This document shows, piece after piece, positions 55,729 to 64,000 of a stretch of 64,000 nucleotides of DNA. How positions within the stretch are numbered: position 1 is the stretch's first letter; every line of letters begins with the position of its first letter. Below the pieces are notes generated by a model, which worked only from the letters and a program-made list of their open reading frames with translations, was not told the origin of the DNA and did no database searches. Source of the stretch: an uncultured Clostridium sp. (GTDB lineage: Bacteria > Bacillota > Clostridia > Oscillospirales > CAG-272); contig CAZGJC010000001.1 in assembly GCA_964526505.1 (NCBI GenBank), positions 16,105 through 80,104 on the forward strand. Reading direction: 5' to 3'. A program made the translations under genes and the position numbers.

Positions 55729-55858
55729 ACTTTGTGATAGATTTAGAATGTGCTTTTGCGGTCAGGCGAAAGTGCCAACATTATTCGAGTTTTTTACACG
55801 TAAAATGACGTTTTACGTGCTTTTGGATTTGCTCGAATCATTCGGAAGGAATCGGCGT

Positions 55859-56623
55859 ATGATTTGTGATTTGCAGAAAGCAAGCCTTTGGAAAAGAATA
55901 TCGTCACTTTTATTTGATTTTATTATTTTGGCGGTCGTTGCCATCGGAATAGGAGTCCTTATGTCGGCACTTGTGGGGGTCGATAACGATATTGAGGCTT
56001 TTGAAAAACTCCAGGCGGCATACGAAGAAAAATACGGTATTAAATTTGATGATTATTCCGAGAACTACGATAATCTGACCGAAGAAGAATTGAAAAAATA
56101 CGAAGAGGCGGACAGGGAATTGAACGCCGATAAAGAGATACGTGGTCTCTATGAAAAAATATTCAACAAATCCATTATAATTGCCGTTGTCGGTATTTTA
56201 TGGGCGTATATGATTTTGGAATTCATGATTCCGCTTATATTCGGTAACGGTCAAACGCTCGGAAAGAAAATATTCGGATTGGCGGTTATGCGAACAAATT
56301 CGGTAAAAGCCAAAACGATAGTACAATTTATAAGAATGTTGCTCGGCAAATTTACAATAGAAACTATGGTTCCCGTATTTATGGTGATCATGGTTTGGTT
56401 TGGTGTACTTAATCTCGGAACCGGATTGATTATTGTCGCCGGCATACTTATTCTCGAAATAATAGCTATGGCAACTACGAGAACCAATTCCGCAATACAC
56501 GATCTTCTTGCGGATACGGTCGTGGTTGATGTAAACACGCAGATGATATTTGAAAATGAACAGGAAATGATTGCTTATATGCAAAAGATACACGAAGAAA
56601 AGGTATCTAAAACAACGTATTGA
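55859..56623 (+). CDS. RDD-family membrane protein
   Basis: ASLWKRISSLLFDFIILAVV (RDD-type N-terminus), three or four TM helices, and GQTLGKKIFGL.V. Start at the ATG at 55859 (GGAAGGA RBS). The upstream part of the 55667 ORF contains the promoter. Confidence 0.7.
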   Translation: MICDLQKASLWKRISSLLFDFIILAVVAIGIGVLMSALVGVDNDIEAFEKLQAAYEEKYGIKFDDYSENYDNLTEEELKKYEEADRELNADKEIRGLYEKIFNKSIIIAVVGILWAYMILEFMIPLIFGNGQTLGKKIFGLAVMRTNSVKAKTIVQFIRMLLGKFTIETMVPVFMVIMVWFGVLNLGTGLIIVAGILILEIIAMATTRTNSAIHDLLADTVVVDVNTQMIFENEQEMIAYMQKIHEEKVSKTTY

Positions 56624-56685
56624 TTGTCGATAAATTACTTCGATAAAAAATAAATAAGTATATACACTCATGGAGGTTAGATGAA

Positions 56686-57780
56686 ATGAAAGTTGAATTA
56701 CGAAATCTAACAAAAATCTTCCCGAGCCGTAACAAAAAGTCTAATGATACGGTAACAGCAGTAAACGATTTTACCTTTACCGTCCCGGACGGAACTCTCG
56801 TAGGTCTTCTCGGACCTTCCGGTTGCGGTAAAAGTACAACGCTTTATATGATAAGCGGTTTGCAGAAACCCTCTTCGGGACAGATATTTTTTGGTGATGA
56901 AGATGTAACAACGCTTTCCCCCGAAAACAGAGGAGTAGGTCTTGTGTTCCAGAACTATGCTCTTTATCCGCATATGACTGTAAAGCAGAACATTATGTTT
57001 CCGCTCCAAAACCTTAAAGGTAAAGACAAACTTCCCAAAGAAGAAATGCTTGAACGTGCATATCAGGTGGCGAAACTTGTTCAGATTGATGAACTTATGG
57101 ATCGTAAGCCCAGTGAACTCTCGGGTGGTCAGCAACAGAGAGTTGCTATTGCGAGAGCATTGGTAAAAATGCCTCGTGTACTTCTTTTGGACGAGCCTCT
57201 GTCAAACCTTGACGCACGTCTCCGTCTCCAAACGAGAGAAGAAATTCGCCGTATCCAAAAAGAAACGGGAATTACAACTTTGTTTGTAACTCACGACCAG
57301 GAAGAGGCGATGAGTATATCCGACCTTATCGTTGTTATGAAACTCGGTGTTATCCAGCAGGTTGGAAAGCCTCAGGAAATTTACGATAACCCCACAAACC
57401 TTTTCGTTGCGAAATTCCTCGGAACGCCCCCTATTAACGTGTTCCGTGGCAGAGTTGAAAACGAAATGCTCTATATCGGTGCCGAGGCGGTTCTTCCCAC
57501 ACCCGGTGTGTGCGACAGAGACGTAACCGTTGGCATTCGTCCCGAGGCATTTGTTCCCAACGCCGACGGTGAATTTTCTTGTAACCTTTCCAACGTTGAA
57601 GTTATGGGACGTGATATGAGTGTTGTATGTACTAACGACGCATCTCTTAACCCCATTGTAAGAGCGATTGTTAACTCGGATATTAAGATTGACGTTACAA
57701 ATGAAACAATCAAGTATTCTTTGAAGCCTCATAAGGTATTTATCTTCGACGCTGAAACAGAAGAGAGAATATATTTCTGA
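56686..57780 (+). CDS. ABC transporter ATP-binding protein (MalK/MsmK/UgpC type with a C-terminal TOBE-like domain)
   Basis: GPSGCGKST, LSGGQQQRVAIARAL, LLLDEPLSNLD, and VTHDQ. Confidence 0.93.
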   Translation: MKVELRNLTKIFPSRNKKSNDTVTAVNDFTFTVPDGTLVGLLGPSGCGKSTTLYMISGLQKPSSGQIFFGDEDVTTLSPENRGVGLVFQNYALYPHMTVKQNIMFPLQNLKGKDKLPKEEMLERAYQVAKLVQIDELMDRKPSELSGGQQQRVAIARALVKMPRVLLLDEPLSNLDARLRLQTREEIRRIQKETGITTLFVTHDQEEAMSISDLIVVMKLGVIQQVGKPQEIYDNPTNLFVAKFLGTPPINVFRGRVENEMLYIGAEAVLPTPGVCDRDVTVGIRPEAFVPNADGEFSCNLSNVEVMGRDMSVVCTNDASLNPIVRAIVNSDIKIDVTNETIKYSLKPHKVFIFDAETEERIYF

Positions 57781-57791
57781 GGAGGTAAAAT

Positions 57792-58730
57792 ATGGTTGAC
57801 AGTAAACACCAATGGAAAGCGTGGCTCTATTTGGCACCTGCAATAATATTGCTTCTTATATTTACGGTTTGGCCAATTATCAATACCATCCGTATGGCTT
57901 TCCTCGAAGATTACAGTATGCTTGCTTCTTTGGGAGGCAAGAAGTTTGATTTCGGATTCGGCAACTTCAAAAAGGTCGTTGAATATTCGCAGTTCAAGAC
58001 TTGTTTGAAAAACACTCTTTTGCTTTGTGTACTCACAGTTCCGATTTCTACCATTCTTGCACTCGTAATAGCGGTATGCCTTAATTCTATTAAGTTTTTG
58101 CAGAAATTCTTGCAAACGATATTCTTCTTGCCTTACGTTACAAACTCAATTGCAATAGGAATGGTATTTGCCGCAATGTTTAACATTGTCGGTAATACGG
58201 CTGCGGAAAACGGAGTAATAACCACGGCGGGCGTAATAAACAATATACTCGGCGTGTTCGGTATAAGTCCCATCAACTGGATAAATGCAGGCTCGTCTTA
58301 TTGGGCTAACATATGGGTAATGGTAATTTACATCGTATGGAATGCACTTCCGTTTAAGATACTTATACTTCTCGGCGGATTGCAGAGTGTAAACAAGCAG
58401 TACTACGAAGCGGCTAAAATCGACAGTACGCCGAAACTTCGTGTGTTCACAAAGATAACTGTTCCGCTTCTTTCTCCTATGATTGCATACGTTGTAATTA
58501 CCGGATTTATCGGCGGATTTAAGGAATATACGAGTATTGTCGGTGTATTCGGAGACAATATGGGTCCTGCCGGAGATAAAGGACGACTTAATACCATGGT
58601 CGGATACATTTACGATGCTTTGACCAATCATCAAGGACGTGCATCTGCCGCCGCTCTTATCTTGTTCGGCATAATTTTCATAGTTACTATGATAAACCTT
58701 TACGTCAGCAAGAAGAAGACGCATTATTGA
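57792..58730 (+). CDS. carbohydrate-type ABC transporter permease (MalF/UgpA-like)
   Basis: Six TM helices. EAAKIDSTPKLRVFTKITVPLLSP matches the EAA loop. Confidence 0.9.
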   Translation: MVDSKHQWKAWLYLAPAIILLLIFTVWPIINTIRMAFLEDYSMLASLGGKKFDFGFGNFKKVVEYSQFKTCLKNTLLLCVLTVPISTILALVIAVCLNSIKFLQKFLQTIFFLPYVTNSIAIGMVFAAMFNIVGNTAAENGVITTAGVINNILGVFGISPINWINAGSSYWANIWVMVIYIVWNALPFKILILLGGLQSVNKQYYEAAKIDSTPKLRVFTKITVPLLSPMIAYVVITGFIGGFKEYTSIVGVFGDNMGPAGDKGRLNTMVGYIYDALTNHQGRASAAALILFGIIFIVTMINLYVSKKKTHY

Positions 58731-58747
58731 TTGAGGAGGCTTAAAGT

Positions 58748-59635
58748 ATGTCAGAAATAAAGATTATGCAAGAGCGTGACATTCAAAAAGTTTCCACGGC
58801 TCAAAAAGTAAAGGGCGTACTTTCCCAGGTGGGTCTTTACGTATTCTTGCTTATTATGGCGTTTATAGTTCTTTTCCCGTTTTATTGGATGATTATCTCG
58901 TCTCTTAAATCAATGGACGAATATTATTTGACGGTTCCTACGATTATACCAAAAACCGTTGTTTGGAAAAACTATATCGACGCATTTTCAACCGCAAATA
59001 TCGGAACGCTTTTCAAAAACACTGTTTTTGTAGGTGTGGTTTCGACAATTCTTTCACTTGTTGTAACCGTTCTTTCCGCATTTGCGTTTGCACGCCTTGA
59101 ATTTAAAGGCAAAAACGCACTCTTTGCCGCACTTCTTGCGACGATGATGATTCCCGGTGAACTTTTCACCATTACAAACTATTCAACCGTCAATACGTTC
59201 GGTTGGATGAATACGTATACGGTTCTTATAGTACCGTTCCTTGTAAGCGTGTTCTACATTTATTTGTTAAGACAAAACTTTATGCAAATACCAAATGAAC
59301 TTTACCTTGCCGCAAAGGTTGACGGTACAAGCGATTTCAAATATTTGCTTAAAGTTATGATTCCGCTTTCTCTCCCTACTCTCATCTCTATTACGATTTT
59401 GAAGATGATGGGTTCGTGGAACTCGTACGTATGGCCTAATCTTGTTGCCAACGACGACGCACACCTTCTTATCACCAACGGTCTCAGAGGTGCAGACTTC
59501 ACGGTAGACGAACTTGTAAACTATCCCGTACAGATGGCGGCGGTTGCAATAGTATCGTTCCCTCTGTTCCTCGTATTCCTCTTCCTCAGAAAGTATATTA
59601 TGAAGGGCGTATCGAGAAGCGGTATAAAAGGTTAA
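58748..59635 (+). CDS. carbohydrate-type ABC transporter permease (MalG/UgpE-like)
   Basis: LAAKVDGTSDFKYLLKVMIPLSLP matches the EAA loop. Confidence 0.9.
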   Translation: MSEIKIMQERDIQKVSTAQKVKGVLSQVGLYVFLLIMAFIVLFPFYWMIISSLKSMDEYYLTVPTIIPKTVVWKNYIDAFSTANIGTLFKNTVFVGVVSTILSLVVTVLSAFAFARLEFKGKNALFAALLATMMIPGELFTITNYSTVNTFGWMNTYTVLIVPFLVSVFYIYLLRQNFMQIPNELYLAAKVDGTSDFKYLLKVMIPLSLPTLISITILKMMGSWNSYVWPNLVANDDAHLLITNGLRGADFTVDELVNYPVQMAAVAIVSFPLFLVFLFLRKYIMKGVSRSGIKG

Positions 59636-59704
59636 TCGCTTTTGCTCCCGCTTGTGCGGGATATGGGCTTTAACAATAAAAAATAAAAAAGGACGGAAAA
59701 CAAA

Positions 59705-61144
59705 ATGAAAAAGGTACTCGTAGCATTACTTTTGCTTGCAACGATTGTCTTTAACAGTATCGCACTTGCCTCTTGCAGTAACAAGAAGTCAAACAACGGT
59801 AAGTTCGTATACGAAGCTGGTATGACCTATGACGGCAGTGAAGTAACAATTACTTTCTCTCACACAATGGGTCAGAACCTCAGAGACGTTTTGGACAAGT
59901 ACATTGCAAAATTTAACGATATGTACCCGAATATCCACATTGAACACACTCAGGACGGTGGATATGACGATGTTCGTGACAAGATAAGCACCGAACTTAC
60001 GGTTGGCAACCAGCCTAACATTGCTTATTGCTATCCTGACCACGTTGCTCTTTACAATCTTGCAGGTGCGGTAGTTACTCTTGACGACCTTATCAATAGT
60101 ACAGCAACTGTAACACGTAAAGACGGAACAACTGAAACGCTCGGCTTCACGCAGGCACAACTCGATGATTTCATCGACGCTTACTACGAAGAGGGAAGAG
60201 CATTCGGCGACGGTAAAATGTACACACTTCCTATGGTTAAGTCCACAGAAGTTCTCTACTACAACGTAGACTTCTTCAAAGAGCATAACCTCACAGTTCC
60301 CACAACTTGGGACGAAATGGAAACACTTTGCCAGAAAATTCTCGAAATCGACCCTAACTGTGTTCCTCTCGGTTACGACTCAGAACCTAACTGGTTCATC
60401 ACAATGTGTGAACAGTACGGCTCGGATTATACAACCGCTGACGATACCGCAGATAGCCACTTCCTCTTTAATAACGAGAAAAACAGAGAGTTTGTTGAAA
60501 GATTCTCCGAATGGCACTCCAAAGGTTACGTAACAACTCAGGAAATTTACGGCTCGTACACGTCCGGTCTTTTCACAACAACCGATTCCGGTAAGACAAA
60601 ATCTTATATGTCCATCGGTTCTTCCGCAGGTGCAACTCACCAGAGACCTACTGCCGATGAAGAGGGTAACTATCCTTTCGAAGTTGGTATAGCAACAATT
60701 CCTCAGGTTGACGCATCTAACCCCAAGGTTATTTCTCAGGGTCCGTCCCTCTGTATATTCAACGGTCACTCTGACCAGGAAACAATCGCTTCTTGGCTCT
60801 TCGTGAAGTACCTCACTTCTTGTGTAGACTTCCAGGCAGAGTTCGGTATGGCTTCCGGTTACGTTCCCGTAATTGAATCTGTATCTCAGAATGAAAAGTA
60901 TGCTTCCTTTATGGAAGGTGCAGACGGCTATGATAACGTAGCGGCACTCTCCGCAAAGGTTTGTCTTGAACAGAAAGACGCTTACTACGTATCTCCTGCA
61001 TTCAATGGCTCTTCCGACGCTCGTGACGAAGTAGGTGCATTGCTCCAAAAATGTATGGTTGAATACGCAAAAGCAACCGATAAGAAAAAGATGATTGCCG
61101 ATAACTTTGCTACGGCAGTTGCAAACTGCGAATATAAGCAGTAA
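59705..61144 (+). CDS. ABC transporter extracellular solute-binding lipoprotein (family 1 / CUT1-like)
   Basis: Lipobox LASC. 479 aa with typical SBP_bac_1-like composition. The ligand is unknown. Confidence 0.85.
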   Translation: MKKVLVALLLLATIVFNSIALASCSNKKSNNGKFVYEAGMTYDGSEVTITFSHTMGQNLRDVLDKYIAKFNDMYPNIHIEHTQDGGYDDVRDKISTELTVGNQPNIAYCYPDHVALYNLAGAVVTLDDLINSTATVTRKDGTTETLGFTQAQLDDFIDAYYEEGRAFGDGKMYTLPMVKSTEVLYYNVDFFKEHNLTVPTTWDEMETLCQKILEIDPNCVPLGYDSEPNWFITMCEQYGSDYTTADDTADSHFLFNNEKNREFVERFSEWHSKGYVTTQEIYGSYTSGLFTTTDSGKTKSYMSIGSSAGATHQRPTADEEGNYPFEVGIATIPQVDASNPKVISQGPSLCIFNGHSDQETIASWLFVKYLTSCVDFQAEFGMASGYVPVIESVSQNEKYASFMEGADGYDNVAALSAKVCLEQKDAYYVSPAFNGSSDARDEVGALLQKCMVEYAKATDKKKMIADNFATAVANCEYKQ

Positions 61145-61158
61145 TTCAGAGTTTTGAA

Positions 61159-62490
61159 ATGAAGCATATTTCAAGAATTTTATTGATATGTCTTCTCATC
61201 GGTGTTATCGCAGGATGCTTTGTGTCCTGCGACACCGGGAAGGATGACCAAAATGGTGACGACAAACTCGAATTTGTCGATTACGTTTCACAACTCAAAC
61301 TTGATATGACGTCGAATACCAATAAAATCGAAGTTACGGTAAAGCAGTATATCGACGGTGATACGACGCACTTCAACGTTCCCACTTCCGTTTCCGCAAA
61401 CGGTATCCTTAAAGCAAGATACCTTGCCGTAAATACACCCGAATCCACGGGTAAAATCGAGGAATGGGGAAAGAAAGCGTCTAATTATACCAAAGAAAAA
61501 CTCAAAAGTGCAACTTCGATATACATAGAGAGCGACGATGACAATTGGAACGTTGACTCTACGGGAAGCAGATACCTCGTTTGGATTTGGTATAAGACAG
61601 CAGAAGATGAAGATTATAGAAATCTCAATCTCGAACTTTTGCAAGAGGGACTTGCAATTGCATCTAACTCTGCAAACAATCGCTACGGCGAATACTGTAT
61701 GAACGCAATAAACCAGGCAAAAGCACACCTTTTGTACGTTTACTCCGATGAGAAAGACCCTGATTTCTACTACGGTGAATATCAGGAAGTTACGATAAAA
61801 GAACTTCGTACAAATCCCGAAGCATACGTTGGAACAAAGGTTGCATTTGAAGGCATTGTTTCCAAAAACACAGGCGATAACGGTGTGTTCATCGAAGCCT
61901 TTGATGAAGAAACGGGCGTTTATAACGGTATACAGGTTTACTACGGATTCAGTTTCTCGGGACTTTCAATCTTGAAACCCGGAAATAAGGTGCGTATGAT
62001 TGGCTCAATGCAATATTATGAGGCAGGCGGAACGTACCAAATATCCGACGTAAAATACAGTGCATTTGAAGATGTTACCATTAAGAAACTTGAAAGCGGT
62101 ATTGATGTGGCATTCACCGAAATAGACGCAGAAACGTTCCTTAACGGTAAGGTAAGTGTTACGGTTATGGTTGACGGCGAAGAAACCATTAAGGATTTCA
62201 AATACGCCGAACTTACTCTTAACACTTCCGTGTCTATGAAAAACCTTAAAGTTGAAGAAGTTTACACCACAAATAACGGCGGTTCATCCGACGGAGCAAT
62301 GACTCTTACTTGCAGCGTAAACGGCGAAAGAATTTCCGTTCGTACAACGGTTCTTACAGATGACAATAAAAACGTTATCACCGCAAGTGCCTTTGAGGGT
62401 AAAACCATAGACGTAAAGGGAATTATCGACTATTATGACGGTAGTTACCAGATAAAAGTATTGTCCATTAAGGACATAAACATCCAGTGA
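61159..62490 (+). CDS. lipoprotein with a staphylococcal-nuclease (SNase/thermonuclease)-like domain followed by OB-fold-like and beta-rich domains
   Basis: Lipobox FVSC. YIDGDTTHFNV...ARYLAVNTPES...GSRYLVWIW...LLQEGLA parallels SNase IDGDT / RLLLVDTPE / GRGLAYIY / LVRQGLA. The downstream segment GTKVAFEGIVSK..GVFIEAFDEE..IQVYY resembles the OB folds found in secreted nucleases. Confidence 0.72.
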   Translation: MKHISRILLICLLIGVIAGCFVSCDTGKDDQNGDDKLEFVDYVSQLKLDMTSNTNKIEVTVKQYIDGDTTHFNVPTSVSANGILKARYLAVNTPESTGKIEEWGKKASNYTKEKLKSATSIYIESDDDNWNVDSTGSRYLVWIWYKTAEDEDYRNLNLELLQEGLAIASNSANNRYGEYCMNAINQAKAHLLYVYSDEKDPDFYYGEYQEVTIKELRTNPEAYVGTKVAFEGIVSKNTGDNGVFIEAFDEETGVYNGIQVYYGFSFSGLSILKPGNKVRMIGSMQYYEAGGTYQISDVKYSAFEDVTIKKLESGIDVAFTEIDAETFLNGKVSVTVMVDGEETIKDFKYAELTLNTSVSMKNLKVEEVYTTNNGGSSDGAMTLTCSVNGERISVRTTVLTDDNKNVITASAFEGKTIDVKGIIDYYDGSYQIKVLSIKDINIQ

Positions 62491-62516
62491 TTTTTTTCAA
62501 AAATTAAGGAGTTATT

Positions 62517-64000
62517 ATGAAAAAAGTATTAGTGCTTATACTCGCTCTTGTGCTTTGCATTTCTGCTTTTGCAGTTGTGGGATGTAGCAAGAAAGATGAA
62601 GAATACGACCTTGACAGTGCAACAGCATACGTAAAGAATTTGTATAAGAAATACCTCGACGCCGAAACCCCCTCTGACTTCACTCTCGTTTCTCAGTTCG
62701 TAAGCGACGGCGTAACGTACACCATCACTTGGACAACCAATTCCGATAAGGTAAAAGTTGTTGAAGGTGACAAAGAAGTAACAATCGACGTTGATGAAAA
62801 ATCCGAAGAGGATGTAAGTTATACACTTACGGCAACAATTAAAGCCCCCGACGGAACAACAAAAACTCTTGAATTTAAGTGTAAAGTTCCTAAGTTTGAA
62901 TTGAACTCTCATGATGAATACATTGCCGCCGCATCGGGCGATACTGTTATAGTTCAGGGCGTTGTAGTGGCTATTCACTCTAAGACTGTAAACAGCGAAG
63001 GTAAGAACCAACTTTATCTTGCTGATTTGAGCGGTGAGGGCGGTTATTACGTATATTATCTCACTTCACAGGATCCTTTGGAACTTGGCATCAAACTCGG
63101 TATGACAGTTCAGATTACAGGTCAAAAAGATATTTATAACGGTGTTCACGAAATCAAAGAGGCTTCTGCCGAAATCATTGATTCCACAATTAAGGAAGTA
63201 ACTCCCGTAGATATCACCGAAACGTTCAAGAACGCAGAAGACGCTAAAGCTGACGCACTCCTTAATAAGGTTGGTATGCTCGTAACCATTAAGGGCGTAG
63301 AAATCACAACACAGGATTTCTCCTCTGACGCTTACCTTAAATTCAGACTTGGTAATATAGAGTCCTACGTTCGTGCAAAGAATGTTCCTACGAGTGTTTC
63401 CGATGATGATCTTGCAAGCATTAAGAAAGGTCACTCCGAACATAAGGCATGGCTCGCAAACGTAACAGGTGTTGTAACCGCTTATAACGGTGCTATTTAC
63501 CTTGAACCCGTTTCCGCAAACGCTTTCGAATATATCTCCGAAATTACAAGAACAGACGCTGAAAAGGTAGAAGTTGAAAAGAATGATCTTACAATTTCTT
63601 CCACGACAATTAAGTCCAACAGCACGATTACACTTCCCACAGCCGGAACTACTTACACAGACGTTAAGATTACATGGGCTTCCGATAACGATGCGGTTGC
63701 TATTACCGATAAGGGTGCAGTTGTAACTCTCGGAAGTGAACAGATAAAAGTAACTCTTACCGCTACACTTACACTTGGTGAAACAACAGTAACTAAGACA
63801 ATAGAACTTACGCTTGAACCCGCTCCCACACTTGTTCCCACAATCGTTGAGAACCCTGTTGCAGGTACGGCGTATAAGTTGCATATCTATCAAGGAACCA
63901 ATAATTCCGACATTTACTTCGCAGGCAAGATGAGCGAATTCTATGGTGCCGTTACTACAAACCATGAAGATGCAGTTGACGTGTATCTCGAAGAAATCGA
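62517..64000 (+). CDS. large surface lipoprotein with OB-fold-like and Ig-like repeat segments; 3' end lies outside the window
   Basis: Not in the ORF track because no stop is reached. My manual translation from the ATG at 62517 (AAGGAG RBS) stays open to position 64000. It reads MKKVLVLILALVLCISAFAVVGCSKK (lipobox VVGC), then TYTITWTTNSDKVKV...VSYTLTATI and VKITWASDNDAVAI...IKVTLTATLTLGETTVTKTIELTL (Ig-like repeats), and DTVIVQGVVVAIHS...LYLADLSGEGGYYVYY (OB-like). Confidence 0.65.
   Translation, partial: MKKVLVLILALVLCISAFAVVGCSKKDEEYDLDSATAYVKNLYKKYLDAETPSDFTLVSQFVSDGVTYTITWTTNSDKVKVVEGDKEVTIDVDEKSEEDVSYTLTATIKAPDGTTKTLEFKCKVPKFELNSHDEYIAAASGDTVIVQGVVVAIHSKTVNSEGKNQLYLADLSGEGGYYVYYLTSQDPLELGIKLGMTVQITGQKDIYNGVHEIKEASAEIIDSTIKEVTPVDITETFKNAEDAKADALLNKVGMLVTIKGVEITTQDFSSDAYLKFRLGNIESYVRAKNVPTSVSDDDLASIKKGHSEHKAWLANVTGVVTAYNGAIYLEPVSANAFEYISEITRTDAEKVEVEKNDLTISSTTIKSNSTITLPTAGTTYTDVKITWASDNDAVAITDKGAVVTLGSEQIKVTLTATLTLGETTVTKTIELTLEPAPTLVPTIVENPVAGTAYKLHIYQGTNNSDIYFAGKMSEFYGAVTTNHEDAVDVYLEEI

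Noticed and set aside
55667-55858. N-terminal extension of the RDD-family ORF (ORF-track start at 55667)
   Set aside because: The extension contains the predicted promoter and the leader hairpin and has no RBS. The ATG at 55859 has a GGAAGGA RBS, and the recognisable RDD N-terminus begins there.
59636-59704. Hairpin cccgc-ttgt-gcggg between the second permease and the solute-binding protein gene as a terminator
   Set aside because: No U-tract follows it. It is more likely an intercistronic stabilising hairpin, so it is not called as a terminator.
60380-61174. 264-aa minus-strand ORF opposite the solute-binding protein gene
   Set aside because: Shadow ORF with Cys/Arg-rich nonsense composition and no RBS. 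The same reasoning applies to 57202..57843, 58146..58724, 43652..44386, 33545..34162, 28252..28929, 8070..8750, 13505..14032 and 14269..14787.
63066-63965. 299-aa minus-strand ORF (and 62529..63011) opposite the terminal lipoprotein gene
   Set aside because: It is an antisense shadow ORF. The translation is Cys/Asn/Phe-rich low-complexity sequence with no RBS. The plus-strand frame has a strong RBS, a lipobox signal peptide and repeat-domain structure.

Overview
AT-rich, gene-dense chromosomal segment. The gene content looks like a low-GC Firmicute of the Clostridia type: an L21-Prp-L27 operon with an N-terminally extended L27, an IspH-S1 fusion, FakA/FakB/PlsY, MutS2, and ylxM-ffh-rpsP-KH. 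That taxonomic placement is inference only. I call 66 protein-coding genes (two truncated by the window edges), one frameshifted pseudogene and one tRNA-Val(GAC). I also call one promoter-to-terminator structured small RNA and a set of sigma-A-type promoters and intrinsic terminators.

Most of the window is housekeeping:
- ribosomal proteins L19, L21, L27, S18, S6, L28, S16
- guaB, ssb, upp, dxs, mutS2, glmM, glmS, ffh, cmk, plsC, ispH-rpsA, nifS/nifU, metY, punA, plsY, deoC

I found no rRNA, CRISPR array, transposase, integrase or prophage gene.

The regions most worth a second look are:
1. A six-gene, divergent dlt-like envelope-acylation operon (33107-38803). It encodes a transglutaminase-like ectoprotein, a DltA-like adenylase, a DltC-like carrier, an MBOAT, a DltD/SGNH-like protein with Cys where the nucleophile Ser is expected, and a lipoprotein. 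The gene order is non-canonical.
2. An orphan riboswitch-like RNA (10057-10212) with its own promoter and terminator and no downstream gene. It points into the 3' end of a DtxR/MntR-family regulator.
3. An ABC sugar-type transporter followed by a staphylococcal-nuclease-like lipoprotein and a large OB/Ig-repeat lipoprotein (56686-64000).
4. An Lnt-type apolipoprotein N-acyltransferase followed by three small secreted or lipoprotein genes, one of them frameshifted.
5. A metY-nifS-nifU-rrf2 operon whose promoter carries a repeated TTACCTACC motif, with no S-box or T-box leader.

All functional calls rest on motif-level recognition in the supplied translations. No database search was possible.
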